A stretch of 64,000 nucleotides of DNA from Escherichia coli (GTDB taxonomy: Bacteria; Pseudomonadota; Gammaproteobacteria; Enterobacterales; Enterobacteriaceae). The DNA is taken from the NCBI RefSeq assembly GCF_024700885.2, contig NZ_CP117016.1; one strand, 5' to 3'. The notes beneath the pieces were generated by a model. It made no database searches. It was not told the DNA's origin and was given only the letters and a program-made list of their open reading frames with translations. The position numbers and the translations under genes were made by a program. Numbering within the stretch: position 1 is the stretch's first letter; each line of letters opens with the position of its first letter. Shown piece by piece: positions 61,370-64,000 of this stretch.

Positions 61370-63769
61370 ATGGCAGCAGTAAAAATCTCAGGTGTGCTGA
61401 AAGATGGTGCGGGAAAACCAATACAGAACTGCACTATTCAACTGAAGGCAAAGCGTAACAGCACCACGGTACTGGTGAACACGGTGGCCTCTGAAAATCC
61501 TGATGAAGCCGGGCGTTACAGCATGGATGTTGAGTATGGCCAGTACAGCGTCACCCTGCTGGTTGAAGGTTTTCCGCCTTCACATGCCGGGACCATTACC
61601 GTCTATGAAGGCTCCAGACCAGGTACGCTGAATGATTTTCTCGGTGCCATGACGGAAGATGATGTCATGCCGGAGGCATTGCGTCGTTTTGAGGCAATGG
61701 TGGAAGAAGTGGCACGCAACGCCGAAGCCGCCTCTCAGAGCGCAGCGGCGGCAAAGAAATCCGAAACTGCAGCGGCATCATCAAAGAACGCGGCGAAAAC
61801 CTCAGAAACGAATGCAGCTAATAGTGCACAGGCGGCAGCGACCTCAAAGACTGCATCGGCAAACTCCGCGACAGCAGCCAAAAAATCAGAAACCAACGCG
61901 AAAAATAGCGAGACAGCCGCAAAGACGAGCGAAACCAACGCAAAGTCCAGCCAGACGGCAGCGAAAACCAGCGAAACGAATGCCAAAGCCAGTGAAACTG
62001 CGGCAAAAAACAGCCAGGTTGCAGCAGCCCAAAGCGAGAGCGCGGCAGCCGGTTCTGCGACTTCAGCAGCTGGATCAGCAACTGCTGCGGCTAACAGCCA
62101 GAAAGCTGCGAAGACGAGTGAAACTAACGCAAAGTCCAGCCAGACGGCAGCGAAGACCAGCGAAACGAATGCCAAAACCAGCGAAACTGCGGCGAAAAAC
62201 AGTCAGGATGCAGCAGCCCAAAGCGAGAGTGCCGCAGCTGGTTCTGCAAGTGCGGCGGCTTCTTCTGCCACTGCATCAGCCAACAGTCAAAAAGCTGCAA
62301 AAACCAGTGAAACCAACGCAAAGGCGAGCGAGACTGCGGCGGCTAACTCGGCGAAAGCATCCGCTGCAAGCCAGACGGCAGCTAAAGCAAGTGAAGATGC
62401 AGCCAGAGAGTACGCAAGCCAGGCTGCGGAGCCGTATAAACAAGTTTTGCAGCCGCTTCCCGATGTGTGGATACCGTTTAACGATTCACTGGATATGATT
62501 ACGGGCTTTTCGCCGTCATATAAAAAGATTGTTATTGGTGATGATGAAATAACGATGCCTGGCGATAAGGTTGTAAAGTTTAAACGCGCATCAACTGCCA
62601 CATATATCAATAAATCAGGCGTATTTAGTGTTGCTAAAATTGATGAGCCACGATTTGAAAAAGAAGGTTTATTGATTGAAGGACAGCGCACTAACTATTT
62701 TGTTAAATCCAATATCCCCGCTGAATGGACGAGTACCAGCAATATCGATAAAACTAATAATGGTGTTGATGAATTTGGTTTTTCATATGCCAAAATGCGA
62801 ACAAAAGATAATATGACAGGACAATCATCTGCACTTAGTCTGCATACATGCAGTGCATCCCGGGGGATTGATGTTAGTGGCGATAATAAGTATTGCACTG
62901 TTTCATGCAGGGTTAAAGCTCCTGATGGTCTTCGTTGTCGTTTGCGTTTTGAAAAATACGATGGGTCGGTTTATACATTTTTAGGAGATGCTTATTTAAC
63001 TTTCGGAACTCTGATAATAGAAAAAACTGGCGGAGCAGCCAATAGAATAGCAGCTACTGCAACTAAAGATCCGGTTACAGGGTGGATTTTCTATGAGGCA
63101 ACTATAGAAGCTGTTGAAGGTGAAACCTTAATTGGCGCAATGATTCAGTATGCGCCGAAAAAAGGTGGTGTAACTGAAGCGGGAGATTATATTTACCTTG
63201 CAACACCACAATTTGAAAACGGCGGATGTGCTTCATCTTTTGTTATTACGACAACTGTACCCGCAACCCGCTCCAGTGATATGGTGACGATCCCAACTGA
63301 AAATAATATCTATAATAGACCGCTTACGTGCCTGGTCGAGGTTAATAGAAATTGGGGCGATATTCCTCCTAATGTAGCACCGCGTATTTTTGATTTTTCT
63401 GGTGTGCCACCTATTGAGTCAATTACATACGCTTTTAACACAACTGAGAAATATTACGGTCAGCTTTATATGCAAACTTATAAAGCGTCGACAAGTACTT
63501 ACGTTTCTAGTGTGTTTGCTGGTCGAACTGATGTTCGAAAATTCATTGGTGGTTTTAATATTTATTCTGATGGTACTAAACGAGTAGTTTCTAACGGTGA
63601 GGCTACTAAAACTATGAAAACGGAGTGGACGGGCGTAAAAACACGGACCTTTATTCGAATTGGAGGTCAAGCCACATCGGGAACTCGTCATCTATTCGGC
63701 CATTTGAGAAATCTTCGTCTCTGGCATAAAGAATTAACTGATGCGCAAATGGGGGAGAGTATTAAATGA
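61370..63769 (+). CDS. stf: side tail fibre protein
   Basis: ~799-aa ORF from ATG 61370 (GGAG RBS); Ala/Ser/Thr-rich repetitive shaft (AAKTSETNAK...) and an AT-rich C-terminal domain of different composition. Confidence 0.8.
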   Translation: MAAVKISGVLKDGAGKPIQNCTIQLKAKRNSTTVLVNTVASENPDEAGRYSMDVEYGQYSVTLLVEGFPPSHAGTITVYEGSRPGTLNDFLGAMTEDDVMPEALRRFEAMVEEVARNAEAASQSAAAAKKSETAAASSKNAAKTSETNAANSAQAAATSKTASANSATAAKKSETNAKNSETAAKTSETNAKSSQTAAKTSETNAKASETAAKNSQVAAAQSESAAAGSATSAAGSATAAANSQKAAKTSETNAKSSQTAAKTSETNAKTSETAAKNSQDAAAQSESAAAGSASAAASSATASANSQKAAKTSETNAKASETAAANSAKASAASQTAAKASEDAAREYASQAAEPYKQVLQPLPDVWIPFNDSLDMITGFSPSYKKIVIGDDEITMPGDKVVKFKRASTATYINKSGVFSVAKIDEPRFEKEGLLIEGQRTNYFVKSNIPAEWTSTSNIDKTNNGVDEFGFSYAKMRTKDNMTGQSSALSLHTCSASRGIDVSGDNKYCTVSCRVKAPDGLRCRLRFEKYDGSVYTFLGDAYLTFGTLIIEKTGGAANRIAATATKDPVTGWIFYEATIEAVEGETLIGAMIQYAPKKGGVTEAGDYIYLATPQFENGGCASSFVITTTVPATRSSDMVTIPTENNIYNRPLTCLVEVNRNWGDIPPNVAPRIFDFSGVPPIESITYAFNTTEKYYGQLYMQTYKASTSTYVSSVFAGRTDVRKFIGGFNIYSDGTKRVVSNGEATKTMKTEWTGVKTRTFIRIGGQATSGTRHLFGHLRNLRLWHKELTDAQMGESIK
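61740..62350 (+). repeat. in-frame tandem repeats inside stf
   Basis: ~189-bp unit at 61921-62109 repeated at 62110-62298 with a partial third copy, superimposed on degenerate 11-codon SETNAK-type repeats from ~61740. Confidence 0.6.
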
Positions 63770-64000
63770 AAGATTTAACACTCAAATTTGCAGACAGGGC
63801 CGACTTTTCGGCCTTTATGGAGAGTATTGGCTATTATGATGACGAGTCGATGCAGGATGATATTCTTATTGACGTGATAGGTAACGTGTACAAAGAAACC
63901 GGAGAACTGACTGAAGATGGCGAACCGGTATGTGTTAAGGAAGACGGATATTTTGTAAACGTGCGCATCATTAATGATGTGAAAACACCGTCAATATTCG
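63766..64000 (+). CDS. hypothetical protein after stf (possible tail fibre chaperone), truncated by the window end
   Basis: ATG at 63766 overlaps the stf stop (ATGA) with GGGGGAGAG RBS; translation MKDLTLKFADRADFSAFMESIGYYDD... does not resemble the lambda Tfa N-terminus I recall. Confidence 0.4.
   Translation, partial: MKDLTLKFADRADFSAFMESIGYYDDESMQDDILIDVIGNVYKETGELTEDGEPVCVKEDGYFVNVRIINDVKTPSIF

Larger units (their letters stand above)
23040..64000. mobile_element. lambdoid prophage inserted in prfC (left junction ~23.04 kb; right end beyond the window)
   Basis: Contiguous phage modules: integrase, cI/cro switch, RusA, Q-like, S21/R21-type lysis, terminase, portal, protease-capsid, tail genes Z-U-V-G-T-H-M-L-K-I-J, lom, stf. 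Confidence 0.88.

Noticed and set aside
61659-62498. 279-aa Arg/Gln/Pro-rich plus-strand ORF and overlapping minus-strand ORFs in the stf repeat region
   Set aside because: Alternative frames of the repetitive Ala-rich stf shaft; repeats keep several frames open by chance.

Overview
The first ~23 kb is Escherichia coli-type chromosome, recognised from the translated ORFs: the hpa (4-hydroxyphenylacetate) catabolic cluster hpaH'-F-D-E-G/hpaR (absent from K-12, so a B/C/W-like background), then tsr, lgoT-lgoR-lgoD, opgB, yjjA, dnaC-dnaT, yjjB, yjjP, yjjQ-bglJ, fhuF, yjjZ, three tRNA-Leu(CAG) genes, REP/BIME repeats, rsmC, holD, rimI and yjjG. From ~23.04 kb to the window end is a lambdoid prophage inserted into the 5' end of prfC, which is cut after about 22 native codons. 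The prophage has a tyrosine integrase, a minus-strand early-left operon resembling the CPS-53 yfdP/Q/R/S block, a cI/cro switch, a translationally coupled early-right operon (cII-like, replication, PerC-like, RusA, KilA-N, DUF968, Q-like), a phage-21-type lysis cassette, and lambda-like terminase, head and tail genes through J, lom and stf. The most interesting feature is a ~710-aa AT-rich cargo gene wedged between int and xis whose C-terminus has a caspase-like CHAT His/Cys signature and whose ~500-aa N-terminus I cannot assign; I propose it as a candidate single-gene anti-phage or abortive-infection module. Other second-look items are a TACAT/ATGTA palindrome family shared by the int, pL and pR/pRM regions, two non-terminator stem-loops in the pL leader of a phage with no recognisable N gene, and a lipoprotein moron bracketed by a duplicated terminator. 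All calls are from reading the sequence and ORF translations; no database search was run.
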